From contig JAVRCV020000033.1 in assembly GCA_034530615.2 (NCBI GenBank), forward strand, positions 32,001 through 96,000: a stretch of DNA of 64,000 nucleotides, read 5' to 3'. Position numbers and translations under genes: made by a program. The notes beneath the pieces are model-generated. The model did no database searches. It saw only the letters and a program-made list of their open reading frames with translations, and was not told where the DNA came from. Source of the DNA: Aulosira sp. ZfuVER01. Its GTDB lineage: Bacteria > Cyanobacteriota > Cyanobacteriia > Cyanobacteriales > Nostocaceae. This document shows, piece after piece, positions 1-10,665 of the stretch; the first letter of the stretch is position 1, and every line of letters begins with the position of its first letter.

Positions 1-662
1 GCTAATTCAACTGCGCCTTCACAATAAACTGTGTCTGTACAATAGGCAATTTTGCGTCCAATCTCTGTAGGGCCGCACAATTCTTTGCCATTAATGACTC
101 GCCCATCATTAAGAGTCACGGTTTCACCACGCTTGAGTTGACCGTAAACGCGGCCTGGGGGAATTTGCAACTCCTTAGCTTTTTCTACATCAAAGCGTCC
201 TGTTCGGTCTTTTTCAGCAATGCGATAACCGAAGGCTGTAATCCGGTGATGCAAAGGCCCACAGCTGACAGTGAATTCATCATCTTCATAAATTACCCCC
301 GGACGGATGGCATGAATTTTGACAGGATAGGAAAAGTGGGTATGGGAGTAACGTAAGGCAGCTTGGATATATTCATTTAATCCGGGTGGACCGTAGATAT
401 CAACTCGTTGCACATTACCCGCCAAGCCACAACTTGCAAGCAGTCCCATCAAACCAAAGATGTGATCGCCGTGCATGTGGGTAATAAAAATTCGGGATAG
501 TTGGCTGATTTTCAGGTCACTCCGCAAAAGTTGGTGCTGAGTACCTTCACCACAATCGAATAACCACAGCTCTGCCCTTTGGGGTAATCTCAGGGCAACG
601 CTAGAAACATTGCGTGCTCTTGTGGGTACACCGGAACTTGTCCCTAAGAATGTTATCTGCAC
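1..662 (-). CDS. rnz: Ribonuclease Z, 3' end runs off the window
   Basis: Not in the ORF track. Manual translation from GTG at 662 gives [44 protein letters not shown], followed by the metallo-beta-lactamase motif THMHGDH. Confidence 0.95.
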   Translation of the reverse strand, partial: MQITFLGTSSGVPTRARNVSSVALRLPQRAELWLFDCGEGTQHQLLRSDLKISQLSRIFITHMHGDHIFGLMGLLASCGLAGNVQRVDIYGPPGLNEYIQAALRYSHTHFSYPVKIHAIRPGVIYEDDEFTVSCGPLHHRITAFGYRIAEKDRTGRFDVEKAKELQIPPGRVYGQLKRGETVTLNDGRVINGKELCGPTEIGRKIAYCTDTVYCEGAVEL

Positions 663-840
663 AGCGTGATTTAGCCTTCCTCTTGCTTAATTTGACGCTC
701 TTTCTCTATAGTGGCATGGTTGTTGAGCTTTCATACTTTTGGGATTTAGAAAGTCATAGCCAGAGGTGGAAAAGCTGCGTAGAAGCTCTGCTTCTTGTCG
801 CCAGACATCGCTCTTTTAGTATACAAGAAACCAGACCCCT

Positions 841-869
841 CTGAAATCCTTATAGGTAAAGGATTTCAG
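841..869. terminator. Hairpin downstream of the radical SAM gene
   Basis: CTGAAATCCTT-N7-AAGGATTTCAG, 11-bp stem. Confidence 0.45.
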
Positions 870-898
870 CATAAATAGCATCTAGGAGATATTCTTAA

Positions 899-2482
899 TT
901 ACGATGCTAAAACTTTCACTTCTGGCTGTACTTTGGCTTCCGCCTCTAGAAACTCAGCTACTTGCGCCTCAATTTCATCCCGAACAATTTGGCGATATTC
1001 CAAGAAATGCTCGATTTGGGCACAAACCGATAAATAGCTACTGACTCCACCTGGATTATGTTGATACATATTCCATAGGTTGCGCCAGAATTGCCAGCGT
1101 GTCTGACGCAGCACACCTTGTCGCCAGCAGATTGTCAGCAACGCCCGGATTACCTTCCAGTTCAATGGTTTTTTGGCACCTTTGCCTTTTTTAGGGTAGG
1201 TGGCTTCGCCCAAAATCCGGTAGTGACGGTATGCACGATCCAAAAACCGCGATGGCTCATACAGTTCCCAAAACGCCTCGACATATTCGCGGGCGATATC
1301 TGCTAATGGCCGAGTTGGCACAAAGTTCATCAATGTGGTTTGGTTGATGTTGGCAGATTTGCTGCGGAGTCGTCCTTCTTTTTCTAATCGATGCCAAAGG
1401 GCTGTATCGGGAAGCGCTTGCAGCATACTAAATAAGGCAGTAGGAATAGCAGTTTGCTCTACAAACTTGACGATTCTTGCGCCGGCTCCTGGTTTCTCGC
1501 CATCAAAGCCAATAATAAAGCCTGCCATAACACGCAGTCCTGAGCGCGTAATTGTATGCACCGCTTCACTAAGGGAGTCTCGCGTGTTCTGGAATTTCTG
1601 AGTAAAGGTGAGACTTTCCTCGTCGGGAGTTTCAATTCCGAGAAACACAGCGCCAAAATTACACGCTACCATCAAGTCCATCAGTTCTTGATCTTGAGCT
1701 AAATCAACTGAAGCTTCTGTGGCAAAGGAGAAGGGATAGTTATGTGCCACCATCCAAGGCTGGAGTTCCTTCAAAAATAATTTGACGTTGCGTTTATTAC
1801 CGATGAAGTTGTCATCCACCATAAAAATGCTCCGCCGCCAACCGAGTTCGTAGAGGTAATCAAGTTCTGCTAGTAGTTGGGCGGGGTTTTTGGTGCGGGG
1901 TTTGCGACCATAGAGAACAATAATGTCGCAGAACTCGCACTGGAAGGGACAGCCTCGGGAAAATTGCACCGACATCTCCGCATAGGCATCAAACTCTAGT
2001 AAGTCAAAGCGCGGAATCGGGGTGTTGGTGACATCTGGCTTTTCACCGCCAGAACGAAATACACCTGTACGATCGCCTCGTGCGATCGCCTCTACAAATA
2101 ATGGTAAAGTGATTTCTCCTTCATCTAATATCAAGTAGTCTGTGCCAGGGGCTGTTACTTCATGGGGTAGGGCTGTAGCATAAGGGCCACCCACCGCCAC
2201 ACGCTTACCCCGAAGTTTCGCCTCCCGAATCTGCTCTAGCAAATCATCTTTTTGCACAATCATCGCCGACAGAATCACCAAATCTGCCCAAGCCCATTCT
2301 GCGTCTGTGATTTGACGCACATTCCGATCTACTAGCTTGAATTCCCATTCTTGAGGCAAAATCGCGGCTACCGTCACTAAGCCGAGAGGGGGTAACATTG
2401 CCTTACGATCTAATAAAGCCAGTGTTTTTTCAAAAGACCAAAAACTTTTGGGAAAGCGAGGATATACAAGTAAAACATTCAT
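899..2482 (-). CDS. B12-binding radical SAM protein with DUF4070 C-terminus (HpnP-like family)
   Basis: N-terminal PPLGL/VGGPY B12-binding domain; CxxxCxxC motif in SRGCPFQCEFCD; DDNF motif. Confidence 0.9.
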   Translation of the reverse strand: MNVLLVYPRFPKSFWSFEKTLALLDRKAMLPPLGLVTVAAILPQEWEFKLVDRNVRQITDAEWAWADLVILSAMIVQKDDLLEQIREAKLRGKRVAVGGPYATALPHEVTAPGTDYLILDEGEITLPLFVEAIARGDRTGVFRSGGEKPDVTNTPIPRFDLLEFDAYAEMSVQFSRGCPFQCEFCDIIVLYGRKPRTKNPAQLLAELDYLYELGWRRSIFMVDDNFIGNKRNVKLFLKELQPWMVAHNYPFSFATEASVDLAQDQELMDLMVACNFGAVFLGIETPDEESLTFTQKFQNTRDSLSEAVHTITRSGLRVMAGFIIGFDGEKPGAGARIVKFVEQTAIPTALFSMLQALPDTALWHRLEKEGRLRSKSANINQTTLMNFVPTRPLADIAREYVEAFWELYEPSRFLDRAYRHYRILGEATYPKKGKGAKKPLNWKVIRALLTICWRQGVLRQTRWQFWRNLWNMYQHNPGGVSSYLSVCAQIEHFLEYRQIVRDEIEAQVAEFLEAEAKVQPEVKVLAS

Positions 2483-2775
2483 TAAAGTAATTGTCTAAAT
2501 TTTTGTTGCTGATTTAGTTAATACAAAGGCTGAAACGGTGCTAATTTATTTGCACTTATACTTAATGTAGCAAAAGCTATAACTTTGTTCCCAAAGCTAT
2601 ATCGTAATTCTCTCACCAATCCCATGACTCAGTAAGCATTAAGCAATTGAAATATTTAAGGTTATTTTAAATAAAAAGTATATTAATTAACATCTTAAAA
2701 CTATAAATACATAATTTATCTAGTGGCATTATTGAGGTAATGGGTAATATATATAACTAATTACCCATTGCCTAT

Positions 2776-3621
2776 TTAAGTGTGGAAGATCACAGTGACT
2801 AAGGGCAGAAAAGCTAATAGAAAGCTATGCCAGAAATGCAATTGAGTCGCAGGGGTTTGCTCTTGCGGTGCTAATAGAGCTGCGATTCTCTGCTCTAAGC
2901 GATCGCTTTCTCTTGCCGAACCTAAAGCAGCACAACAAATTTCTGATACTACTGGGGTGCTACTGACTACCAACAGCAGCGATTCTGCTAGCAGTAAGGG
3001 GTCGACCTGGGATGCTGCATAACCATCTGCCCGTAGTTCGCGCAAAACTAACAGTTCTTCCCACAAAGAATCTGTGTTAGGCAACCACGCGGTACAAGAA
3101 CGCACCCAACCCAGCCAGAAAAACCAAAATGTGTCTCGGTAATGGTAATGGCCTTGTTCGTGTGCCAAGACACTTTCTAAATGTTCGTTGGAGAGAGTTT
3201 GGAGTAATCCCTGGCTAACTACTAGTTCGGGGTGCCAAAAACCGATTTGACCAGCGAAGAGTGCGCCTGTGTTGAGTAGCCGGATTTGTCTGTTGCCAAA
3301 ATTAACTAGGGGACAGTTACGGGCAGATTCTACAGACTGCCAGCCGAGGATGGCGTGTTTAATGCATAAAATACTAAACAATCCTAGATATATCAGCGCT
3401 AGGAGATAGCTACCCCAGCCTGTATACATTCCCCCCATTTTTCCTTGGGGACCCATACACAGTACAGCGATCGCAGTCATAAATAGCAGCAAGGGGGGAA
3501 AGAGGAATAAAAATAGCGATCGCCGCCATCTGAGACTCCAATTCCCTTCAGGGCCGATCCAAGTGGATCTTAACCAGCAAGCAACTGCCAAAGTAGCCAA
3601 AATCATCATTAAATGCATCAT
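2776..3621 (-). CDS. M56 family (BlaR1-like) membrane metallopeptidase
   Basis: HEQGH zinc motif, ELRAD, TM helices; start overlaps the stop of the BlaI-like gene. Confidence 0.9.
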   Translation of the reverse strand: MMHLMMILATLAVACWLRSTWIGPEGNWSLRWRRSLFLFLFPPLLLFMTAIAVLCMGPQGKMGGMYTGWGSYLLALIYLGLFSILCIKHAILGWQSVESARNCPLVNFGNRQIRLLNTGALFAGQIGFWHPELVVSQGLLQTLSNEHLESVLAHEQGHYHYRDTFWFFWLGWVRSCTAWLPNTDSLWEELLVLRELRADGYAASQVDPLLLAESLLLVVSSTPVVSEICCAALGSARESDRLEQRIAALLAPQEQTPATQLHFWHSFLLAFLPLVTVIFHT

Positions 3622-4037
3622 TCCCCCTCCCTAGCTTGACGTGCGGCTTGAATGCGTTTGGCGATCGCTGCGATTTGTTTGCTAGCTGTTTCATCCAGAC
3701 TATCAGCGAAGGCAGCAACAACATCCGGATTACCTACCGCCAAAAATCGCTGCAATTGTTCGTGAGCTTTAATTACATCTGCTTGCTGCTTTGTCAGCAA
3801 TGGTCGCCAATAAAATGCTTTGCCTTTTTTATCACAGACTAGCCAACCTTTATCAGTCAGGCGGCGCAAAACAGTTGTTACAGAAGTATAAGCTAACTCC
3901 CGGTTTGGGTCAGACAGAATGCGATCGTGTACATCCTTCACTGTAGCTGAACCCAGTTCCCAGATGATCTGCAAAATTTCTGCTTCTAGGGGACCTACGG
4001 ACAGTTGTTTGGGGCGGTAGTCGGGTAAAGGAGCCAT
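3618..4037 (-). CDS. BlaI/MecI/CopY family transcriptional repressor
   Basis: GPLEAEILQIIW...LAYTSVTTVLRRLTDKG winged helix. ATG at 4037 (MAPLPDY) preferred over the track start at 4103, which lies in STRR-like sequence. Confidence 0.9.
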   Translation of the reverse strand: MAPLPDYRPKQLSVGPLEAEILQIIWELGSATVKDVHDRILSDPNRELAYTSVTTVLRRLTDKGWLVCDKKGKAFYWRPLLTKQQADVIKAHEQLQRFLAVGNPDVVAAFADSLDETASKQIAAIAKRIQAARQAREGE

Positions 4038-4231
4038 ATCGATTTTGGATTTGAGATTGTGGATGAGTGGATTGAACGTGAAAATTCTCCTCTCAATTTG
4101 CAAGGCTTCGCCTGAGTGCGCGTAGTCGTAAACGCAAAAGAACTATTCTTTTTTCAGATTACCGTTGATTGAAACTGCTAATTGGCCGCCGAGACTGATT
4201 TTGGCAACATTTTCTCAGGCTCACGGCGAAA

Positions 4232-4290
4232 AGGGGAGTGTGGGGAGTGTGGCAAGAAGTAGGACAAGGAAGAAATAACTAGTTGACTTT
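4232..4290 (+). repeat. Composite short repeat cassette (GGGGAGTGT)n...GACAAGG-AGAAATAA-TAGTTGACTTT
   Basis: Same architecture as 31362-31454. Confidence 0.6.
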
Positions 4291-4335
4291 TGTCTCATGC
4301 CCATTAACAAACTATCTGCAATAATTTTTAACTAT

Positions 4336-4350
4336 TGAGAATAATTATTA
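4336..4350. promoter_or_regulatory. Putative Fur box (7-1-7)
   Basis: TGAGAAT-A-ATTATTA versus consensus TGATAAT-N-ATTATCA, 2 mismatches. Confidence 0.5.
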
Positions 4351-4762
4351 TTTGAATAGAAAATAGCAATATCTATCCTAGGCAGCATTATCAACCGTTA
4401 GTTAGTTGTTAACCTTTATTTAACGAGTGTTCATCAAGATAAATTTTTTAGTAAAATTTATAAAGATTATCAATTACTTGCATTTCTTATTGACTTCAGT
4501 TAGAGTCAAGGCAGGTATCCAAAAAAAGCCTGATGTCAATTTCAGGAGAAAAAATCAATAAAAGAGTAGATACCAGAACTATAAACTGAGTATGGTCTAG
4601 GAAAATTGTCGTATTTTCTGAAAAATACTTTCCTGCAACTCAAATTTAAATAGTTATTGACTATCCTTTACTAGTTATTTTTATCACCTTACTTTAATCA
4701 GTAAAGGAGATAGAATAGATTATCTGGATTTTGACTAAAATTTTATTTTTTTCCAAACCAAT

Positions 4763-4777
4763 TGAGAATAATTTGCA
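4763..4777. promoter_or_regulatory. Second putative Fur box
   Basis: TGAGAAT-A-ATTTGCA; shares ATTGAGAATAATT with the site at 4334. Confidence 0.45.
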
Positions 4778-5430
4778 ATATGTTTTTAAAAAACACAGCT
4801 AGTGACGAAAAATACCTAAAATTTAATAGCCTAATTAAAGCAGTCTCGACATTTATTGCAGGGCAACATCAAGCAATAAAAGTAAATTGGCAAAAGGGGA
4901 TAAATTTTCTTAAGTGCTTGGTTAAGCAGCCAAATCCCTCTGCAAAATGGCATAAGAGTAAAATTCTGCCCACAGATGTAGAGACAGAGGCTGTAAATGG
5001 CTATATAGATTATTTAATTAAAAATTTAAATAAGTGCGGTAATTTTAGCCAAATTTTTAAGTGTGATTTCCGTTACTTCAATGACTTAAGTAAGTTGAAG
5101 TTACTATACTTTGACTGTGGCTCTCTAATCAAGAGTACACAACACTATCTTTAGCGATTGACAGTTAATAAACTGTTGCACTATAAGAGATACAAAATTC
5201 ACTTTGGTGTACGGAAGAAGTTTTATAACTCTTTCCTACCGACATTGTGGAGATTTTATTAACCGGAAATAGGTTTAATAAAAATGAATGTTATAAAGTG
5301 GCTACCTAGTTGGTGACAACAAATGCTGATTGTTTCTTGTTGTCACATTTATTAGAGGCTATTGTAGCCACGATCGCAATTTTACTTTGTCATAAACTTG
5401 TCCATAAAATTTACGAATGAGAACAGCTAA

Positions 5431-6408
5431 ATGAATACCTTTTTTTGCTCAGATTACTCAAGACAAACAGGAGAAGATGTTATTGGTAGTGGCACCAATT
5501 ACGAAACTTATATTTTAGTTGAGTGTCCGCCTCCTTGGACAACAGAAGCTTTTAATTCTAAATGGGTACCAAATAATCTGAAGATTTTAGTTGAGGAGGT
5601 AAAACGCGCTAAATTACCAATAACATTTTTGTTAATTGCTAACGATAGAACTCACAAAGTAGAACAAACAACTCTTTTGATTTACCAAAAACAAAAGGGA
5701 TTAACTCAGGGATACCGCAAGCACGAATTTAAGCTAGCAAATATTGAAAATGTAGCTGCGGTTGTCAAACAATTCTTACGGGGTAGTATTTCTGAGTATG
5801 AAAAACAAACAAGTATTACTAGAGATATTTTAGTATGTACCCACGGCAGTCATGATAAATGCTGTGCTAGATATGGTAATCCCTTTTATTTTCATGCTCA
5901 AGATACAATTTCTCACTTAGGTTTAGAAAATGTGCAGATTTGGAAATCAAGCCATTTTGGTGGACATCGATTTGCACCAACAATGATAGACTTACCAGAA
6001 GGGCGATATTACGGCCTTGTCGATCAAAATGCATTCAAATCGATTTTGACTCGGACTGGAAATATTCAGTGCTTAAATAAAGTCTATCGAGGCTGGGGTA
6101 TTTTGCCAGTTCCACTTCAGATTTTAGAAAGGGAATTAATTTTCCATTACGGATGGGATTGGTTTAACTACAAAGTAGCAAGTAAAATCCTAGAACAAAG
6201 CTTAGATAATAATACAGTACTAGCTGAACTTACTTTTGAAAAAAGTACAGGTGCGCTGTATACTTGCCAAGCAAAATTAGTCAAAGATGAAACTAAAACC
6301 CTAGAAATTAAGACTGCTTGTAATGCAAAGCAAGCTTCAGCAGTTGTTAAATATACTGTAGCTAGTCTTTGGCTGGAATCTAAGAAAGTTGCATCTTTGA
6401 GTGCTTAA
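5431..6408 (+). CDS. Sucrase/ferredoxin-like [2Fe-2S] protein
   Basis: VCTHGSHDKCCARYG and SSHFGGHRFAPT motifs. Confidence 0.9.
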   Translation: MNTFFCSDYSRQTGEDVIGSGTNYETYILVECPPPWTTEAFNSKWVPNNLKILVEEVKRAKLPITFLLIANDRTHKVEQTTLLIYQKQKGLTQGYRKHEFKLANIENVAAVVKQFLRGSISEYEKQTSITRDILVCTHGSHDKCCARYGNPFYFHAQDTISHLGLENVQIWKSSHFGGHRFAPTMIDLPEGRYYGLVDQNAFKSILTRTGNIQCLNKVYRGWGILPVPLQILERELIFHYGWDWFNYKVASKILEQSLDNNTVLAELTFEKSTGALYTCQAKLVKDETKTLEIKTACNAKQASAVVKYTVASLWLESKKVASLSA

Positions 6409-6658
6409 CTAATACTATGTCTGCTTGACTACTTATTAATAAGAATAAGACAATCCACTACAGAAATATGATGGTGCGTTATTTATATATAGCGCACCAT
6501 ATACAATTTAAGATTGATATTCTCTCTGTTACCCCTTCAGTTAAACATCTGGATTTATCGGCGTACATCTGCGTGTATCGGCGGTTAATTATGCTTCTCT
6601 GAACTGTATTGATCTATTAGTAATACCATTTTATTTTAATCATGATACATATACGTGG

Positions 6659-6687
6659 GTAAGGGTTTAGCATTGCTAAACCCTTAC
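6659..6687. repeat. REP-like perfect palindrome inside a degenerate MITE-like segment (about 6624-6728)
   Basis: GTAAGGGTTTAGCA-T-TGCTAAACCCTTAC; flanks show imperfect inverted similarity. Confidence 0.6.
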
Positions 6688-6775
6688 TACGAAAAATATA
6701 TATGTAGCAGGATTTTCGTGAATTGATAAACGTCGTTGTATTAAATTGTCATCCCAAATTTGAATTGAGAAGTGT

Positions 6776-8656
6776 TTAAGTTCCTAACATTTGTAAGTTA
6801 TGCAACGTCGCATACATTCCTCCTTGTTGGAGTAATTCTTCATGGCTTCCTTGTTCGATAAGTTCCCCTCGTTTCAAGACAAAAATTCGGTTGACATTGC
6901 GAATTGTTGATAAACGGTGAGCAATAATAATTGCAGTACGTCCCACCAAAAGCTGGTTTAAGGCTTCTTGAATTAAAGCTTCTGTTCCTACATCTAAGCT
7001 AGCTGTGGCTTCATCCAATACCAAAATTTGTGGATTGCGAATAGCAGCACGCGCAAAGGCTAAAAGTTGCTTTTGTCCGCTAGAAAGATTTGTACCTCTT
7101 TCGCGCAATTGAGTATCATATCCTTGGGGTAAAAGTTCAATAAACTGATCGATATTAGTTTGTTGTGCTGCTTGTTGAATCTTTTCAAAAGAATAGTTGT
7201 CTCCTAGGGTGATGTTGCTTTTGACATCCCCTGCAAATAAAAAGCCCTCTTGTAAAATTACTGCTAAATAACGCCGCAATTCTGCCTGTGGTAAGTCACG
7301 AATATCTATACCATCAACGAGAATGCGTCCTTGGGTGGGTTCGTAGAGGCGACACAATAGCCGAATGATGGAACTTTTACCGGCACCTGTAGGCCCAACT
7401 AATGCTACTTTTTCACCAGGATGAATGGTGAAATCTAAGTCTTTAATTACATACTCATCATTTTTGTAGGCAAACCAGACGTGTTCAAAACGGATTTCTC
7501 CTAGTTCTGGTGAGGGGTTAGATTCTGAAGATTCTAGATTAGCAACAACCTCGTCTATATAGCCGAACTTAGCATCATAAACTGAGATGCGCGAATTATA
7601 GCGATCGCGGATTTCTATCGGTTCATCTAAAATGTTGGTGACTCGTTCTATAGCGGTAAACCCTGCTTGAATAACAGTGAATTTTTCTGCAAAATTCCGC
7701 AAAGGGTCAAATAATTGTTGGGCATATAAAACAAATGCCGATAAAATCCCAAAAGTAATACTTTTGCCAAGCAGCAACCAACCACCTACGACTAACACAC
7801 CTGCGATCGCTAGTAAGCTAATCCACTCTAAAATGGCTGAAACTGCTGAATCGTAAAAGATAGTTTTATCTACTTGCTGTTTGTAACGTTGGTTGGTATT
7901 GCGGAACAATTCGCTATTGAACCTCTCTCGCCGGAACAACTGCACTACGTTAATACCAACGATGTTCTCTTGCAGTTGGGAGTTTAAAATAGAAAGTTCT
8001 TCTCGTGCTTTGTAATTTGCTTGGCGATACTGTTTTTGCAAGTAAACAACTACCAAGCTGATGGGTAACAGGATTACCAGTAGCAAAGATGCAAGTTCCC
8101 ACTGAAGAGAAAACATCAAGCCGATAATCACCAGCATGGAAAATAAATCTGATATAATGCCGACTGCCCCAGTAGAGAATACATCTCCCAAGGCTTCCAC
8201 ATCACTGGTGAGTCTGGTAATTAATTTACCAATAGGTGTCCGGTCAAAAAAACGTACAGATAACAATGTTACATGATGAAATAAATCCTCGCGAATCACC
8301 GCCGTGATTTGTTGTCCTAGTTTCTGTACGAGATAACCTTGAAAACCTGTGAATATCAGTCTGACAGTAATAGCAATCAGTAACAATCCTTCGATGATAT
8401 TTAGCCCTTGTATCAAAGGACGATTCCTGAGAAACTCGTAAACACTGGGTTCTTTGCGGATGAGCGATATAGCCTGTCCAATTAATAGTGGTTGTACAGC
8501 ATTCGCTAAAGCGATCGGTACGAGTAGGCACATTGACAGCAATAGCAATTTTCCACTACGGCGGGCATAAGGTACTAAGCGCAAAAATAACCGCCAGTCA
8601 TTGTTACGCCGACGGTGTTGTGTGTAAGATTTTTTGAGGGATTGGTAGGTGCTCAT
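6776..8656 (-). CDS. ABC transporter, fused permease/ATPase (MdlB-like)
   Basis: TM domain; Walker A GPTGAGKS, signature LSSGQ, Walker B LVLDEAT. Confidence 0.95.
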   Translation of the reverse strand: MSTYQSLKKSYTQHRRRNNDWRLFLRLVPYARRSGKLLLLSMCLLVPIALANAVQPLLIGQAISLIRKEPSVYEFLRNRPLIQGLNIIEGLLLIAITVRLIFTGFQGYLVQKLGQQITAVIREDLFHHVTLLSVRFFDRTPIGKLITRLTSDVEALGDVFSTGAVGIISDLFSMLVIIGLMFSLQWELASLLLVILLPISLVVVYLQKQYRQANYKAREELSILNSQLQENIVGINVVQLFRRERFNSELFRNTNQRYKQQVDKTIFYDSAVSAILEWISLLAIAGVLVVGGWLLLGKSITFGILSAFVLYAQQLFDPLRNFAEKFTVIQAGFTAIERVTNILDEPIEIRDRYNSRISVYDAKFGYIDEVVANLESSESNPSPELGEIRFEHVWFAYKNDEYVIKDLDFTIHPGEKVALVGPTGAGKSSIIRLLCRLYEPTQGRILVDGIDIRDLPQAELRRYLAVILQEGFLFAGDVKSNITLGDNYSFEKIQQAAQQTNIDQFIELLPQGYDTQLRERGTNLSSGQKQLLAFARAAIRNPQILVLDEATASLDVGTEALIQEALNQLLVGRTAIIIAHRLSTIRNVNRIFVLKRGELIEQGSHEELLQQGGMYATLHNLQMLGT

Positions 8657-8873
8657 AGTAAGAGCATTATAGTGAACTACCTATGCAATTCGCTACGCCA
8701 TTTGGAAGGTTTCTAACGTTGTATATGTTGTTGCAGATGTGTATTTGCTGTCTTTTTAGTTAGCGATCGCAGTAATTGGTAACATTACTGTGATTAACAG
8801 CTATTGAGGATAATTTTCTCCTATTCTCAGAAATTAGGTTTTGCATCTGTACTTAGGCTACTTCGCCTCAATT

Positions 8874-9593
8874 TCAAAACTGTACCTTGTATAAAGTAAA
8901 CAATTCGCCTGATTGTCGCGCCACGACTTTAGCACCCGCCGCTTTAATTGTTTTTTCCCACTCAGCCACAGATTCTAGAAACACTTCAGCGCCCAAATAA
9001 GTTTCCAGAACTGCCCAATCCTCCGCTAAAGGCTGTTCGGGATTGAGGATGTCAAATACAAATTGTCCACCAGGTTTTAAGACTCGCTTGACTTCTAGCA
9101 ACACCGCACTCCAATATTCCAGGGGAAAATAGCAGCTAAATCCTGTGGCGATCGCTAAATCAAACTGATCTGCGGCATAGTTTAAGTGATGAGCCGGGCC
9201 TAACTCCACACCTTTGAACAACTTGGAGTTCAACTGTGAACCACGAGAATTGAGCGTATCCCGTGCTACAATGCTTACCTCTTGACCGTAAAAGTATGCT
9301 TGCCAATCGCGCCAAGGATAAATTAAAAAGCTGACACCGCAACCAATATCTAAACAGTGCTGATTCTTTTGAGGTTTAGCAATTTCCCAGAAGCAAGAAG
9401 CAATTCTTCCTGGTAACGTTCCAGTCATCCAATCCCGAAAGATGGGCATTTCCTGTACTTCTGTGGGTACATCAAAAGGTTGATTTTGATACTGTCGGTT
9501 AAAGCGATATGCAACTTGCGCTATTCTCTCTTGCCATTTGTCTGAGTGATGGCTAGAGGTGGTGTATGGAGTTTGGGAAGGCTTTTTAGACAT
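8874..9593 (-). CDS. Class I SAM-dependent methyltransferase
   Basis: LDIGCG motif I; RVLKPGG. Confidence 0.9.
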   Translation of the reverse strand: MSKKPSQTPYTTSSHHSDKWQERIAQVAYRFNRQYQNQPFDVPTEVQEMPIFRDWMTGTLPGRIASCFWEIAKPQKNQHCLDIGCGVSFLIYPWRDWQAYFYGQEVSIVARDTLNSRGSQLNSKLFKGVELGPAHHLNYAADQFDLAIATGFSCYFPLEYWSAVLLEVKRVLKPGGQFVFDILNPEQPLAEDWAVLETYLGAEVFLESVAEWEKTIKAAGAKVVARQSGELFTLYKVQF

Positions 9594-9702
9594 TCGATGC
9601 TTTACTACTTTTTCAGGACTTTAGTCAAGTTATAGTCTAGACAAAGTCTCACAAGTAGTTTTAACACCCTAAAATTAATCCAAACGCATCGGCAACTGCT
9701 AA

Positions 9703-9909
9703 GAGGATGTTTGAAAAGTCACTAATGATGTATCAAATACTTTTAGATCCCCCTAAATCCACGCCACTTGCTTCAACGGGGGGAACCCCCGCAACGCAGT
9801 GGCTCCCCTTAAAAAGGGGGACTTTGATTCAGTTTTCCCCCTTTTTAAGGGGGGTAGGGGGGATCAATTAGTATCTAAAATTACAGCTAACCACTTTTAA
9901 AACATCCTC
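9703..9909. mobile_element. Non-autonomous MITE with nested palindromic repeats
   Basis: TIRs GAGGATGTTTGAAAAGT / ACTTTTAAAACATCCTC (1 mismatch), flanked by TAA on both sides. Confidence 0.8.
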
Positions 9910-10026
9910 TAAGAGCAAAAATAACTGTCAGTCATTTTCACATCAACAAAATTGGATGTAATATTCTGGGAGTAGTTGGGAAGTACTCATAGTTAAAGCA
10001 TCAGATTCATTTTTGTTGTTAACACC

Positions 10027-10557
10027 ATGCCCGAGATAGAAACTTTGCGACTGCGACTAAGGCACTTTACCCTAGATGATTTCGATGACCTGTTTCGACT
10101 CTACACTGATACAGAAATCATGAAGTATCTATCACCTAGAACGCCAGAACAGACGAAGAACAGCTTGTGCAATCATATTCGACAATGGCAAGAACACAAC
10201 TTGGGTATGTGGGCTGTAATACACAAACAAACGGGTAAGATGATTGGCCGTTGTGGACTGGGTTTTCTGGCAGATACCCCAGAGGTGGAACTGGGTTATG
10301 TATTTGACAAGTCTTATTGGAACATGGGGTTGGCGACCGAAGCGGCACAAGCGACGTTAAAATATGGTTTTTGGGAAGTGAAATTAGAGCAAATAGTAGC
10401 GATCGCTCATCCAGAAAACATTGCCTCAGTGCGTGTAATTGAGAAAGTGGGCATGAAATACCAAAAGCATACCCGCTATTACAGCCACGATGTAGTTTAC
10501 TACACCCTCCCCCGTTCAGAATGGCAACCGAATAATTCTCTTTACATTCTGCGTTAG
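10027..10557 (+). CDS. GNAT N-acetyltransferase (RimJ/RimL type)
   Basis: IETLRLRLR; ELGY...YWNMGLATEA; NIASVRVIEKVGM. Confidence 0.92.
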   Translation: MPEIETLRLRLRHFTLDDFDDLFRLYTDTEIMKYLSPRTPEQTKNSLCNHIRQWQEHNLGMWAVIHKQTGKMIGRCGLGFLADTPEVELGYVFDKSYWNMGLATEAAQATLKYGFWEVKLEQIVAIAHPENIASVRVIEKVGMKYQKHTRYYSHDVVYYTLPRSEWQPNNSLYILR

Positions 10558-10665
10558 ATGAGTCAAAGGCAGATAGCAAAAGAGGCTGGCAAGATTTACT
10601 AAACCTCTGTGACCTTTGAATTTACCACAACAGATTATTGAGATTTTGGGTGAATAATTTAGCAA

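Noticed and set aside
138..844. Short plus-strand ORFs here, and the many 60-150 aa ORFs antisense to or nested in long genes
   Set aside because: Shadow ORFs of well-supported genes (here rnz), with no motifs.
899..2482. Calling this gene hpnP
   Set aside because: Cyanobacteria carry close paralogs; without phylogeny or hopanoid-gene context the symbol is unsupported.
4762..5154. 130-aa ORF in the AT-rich spacer
   Set aside because: TTG start inside a Fur-like box, no RBS and no recognisable motif; probably spurious.
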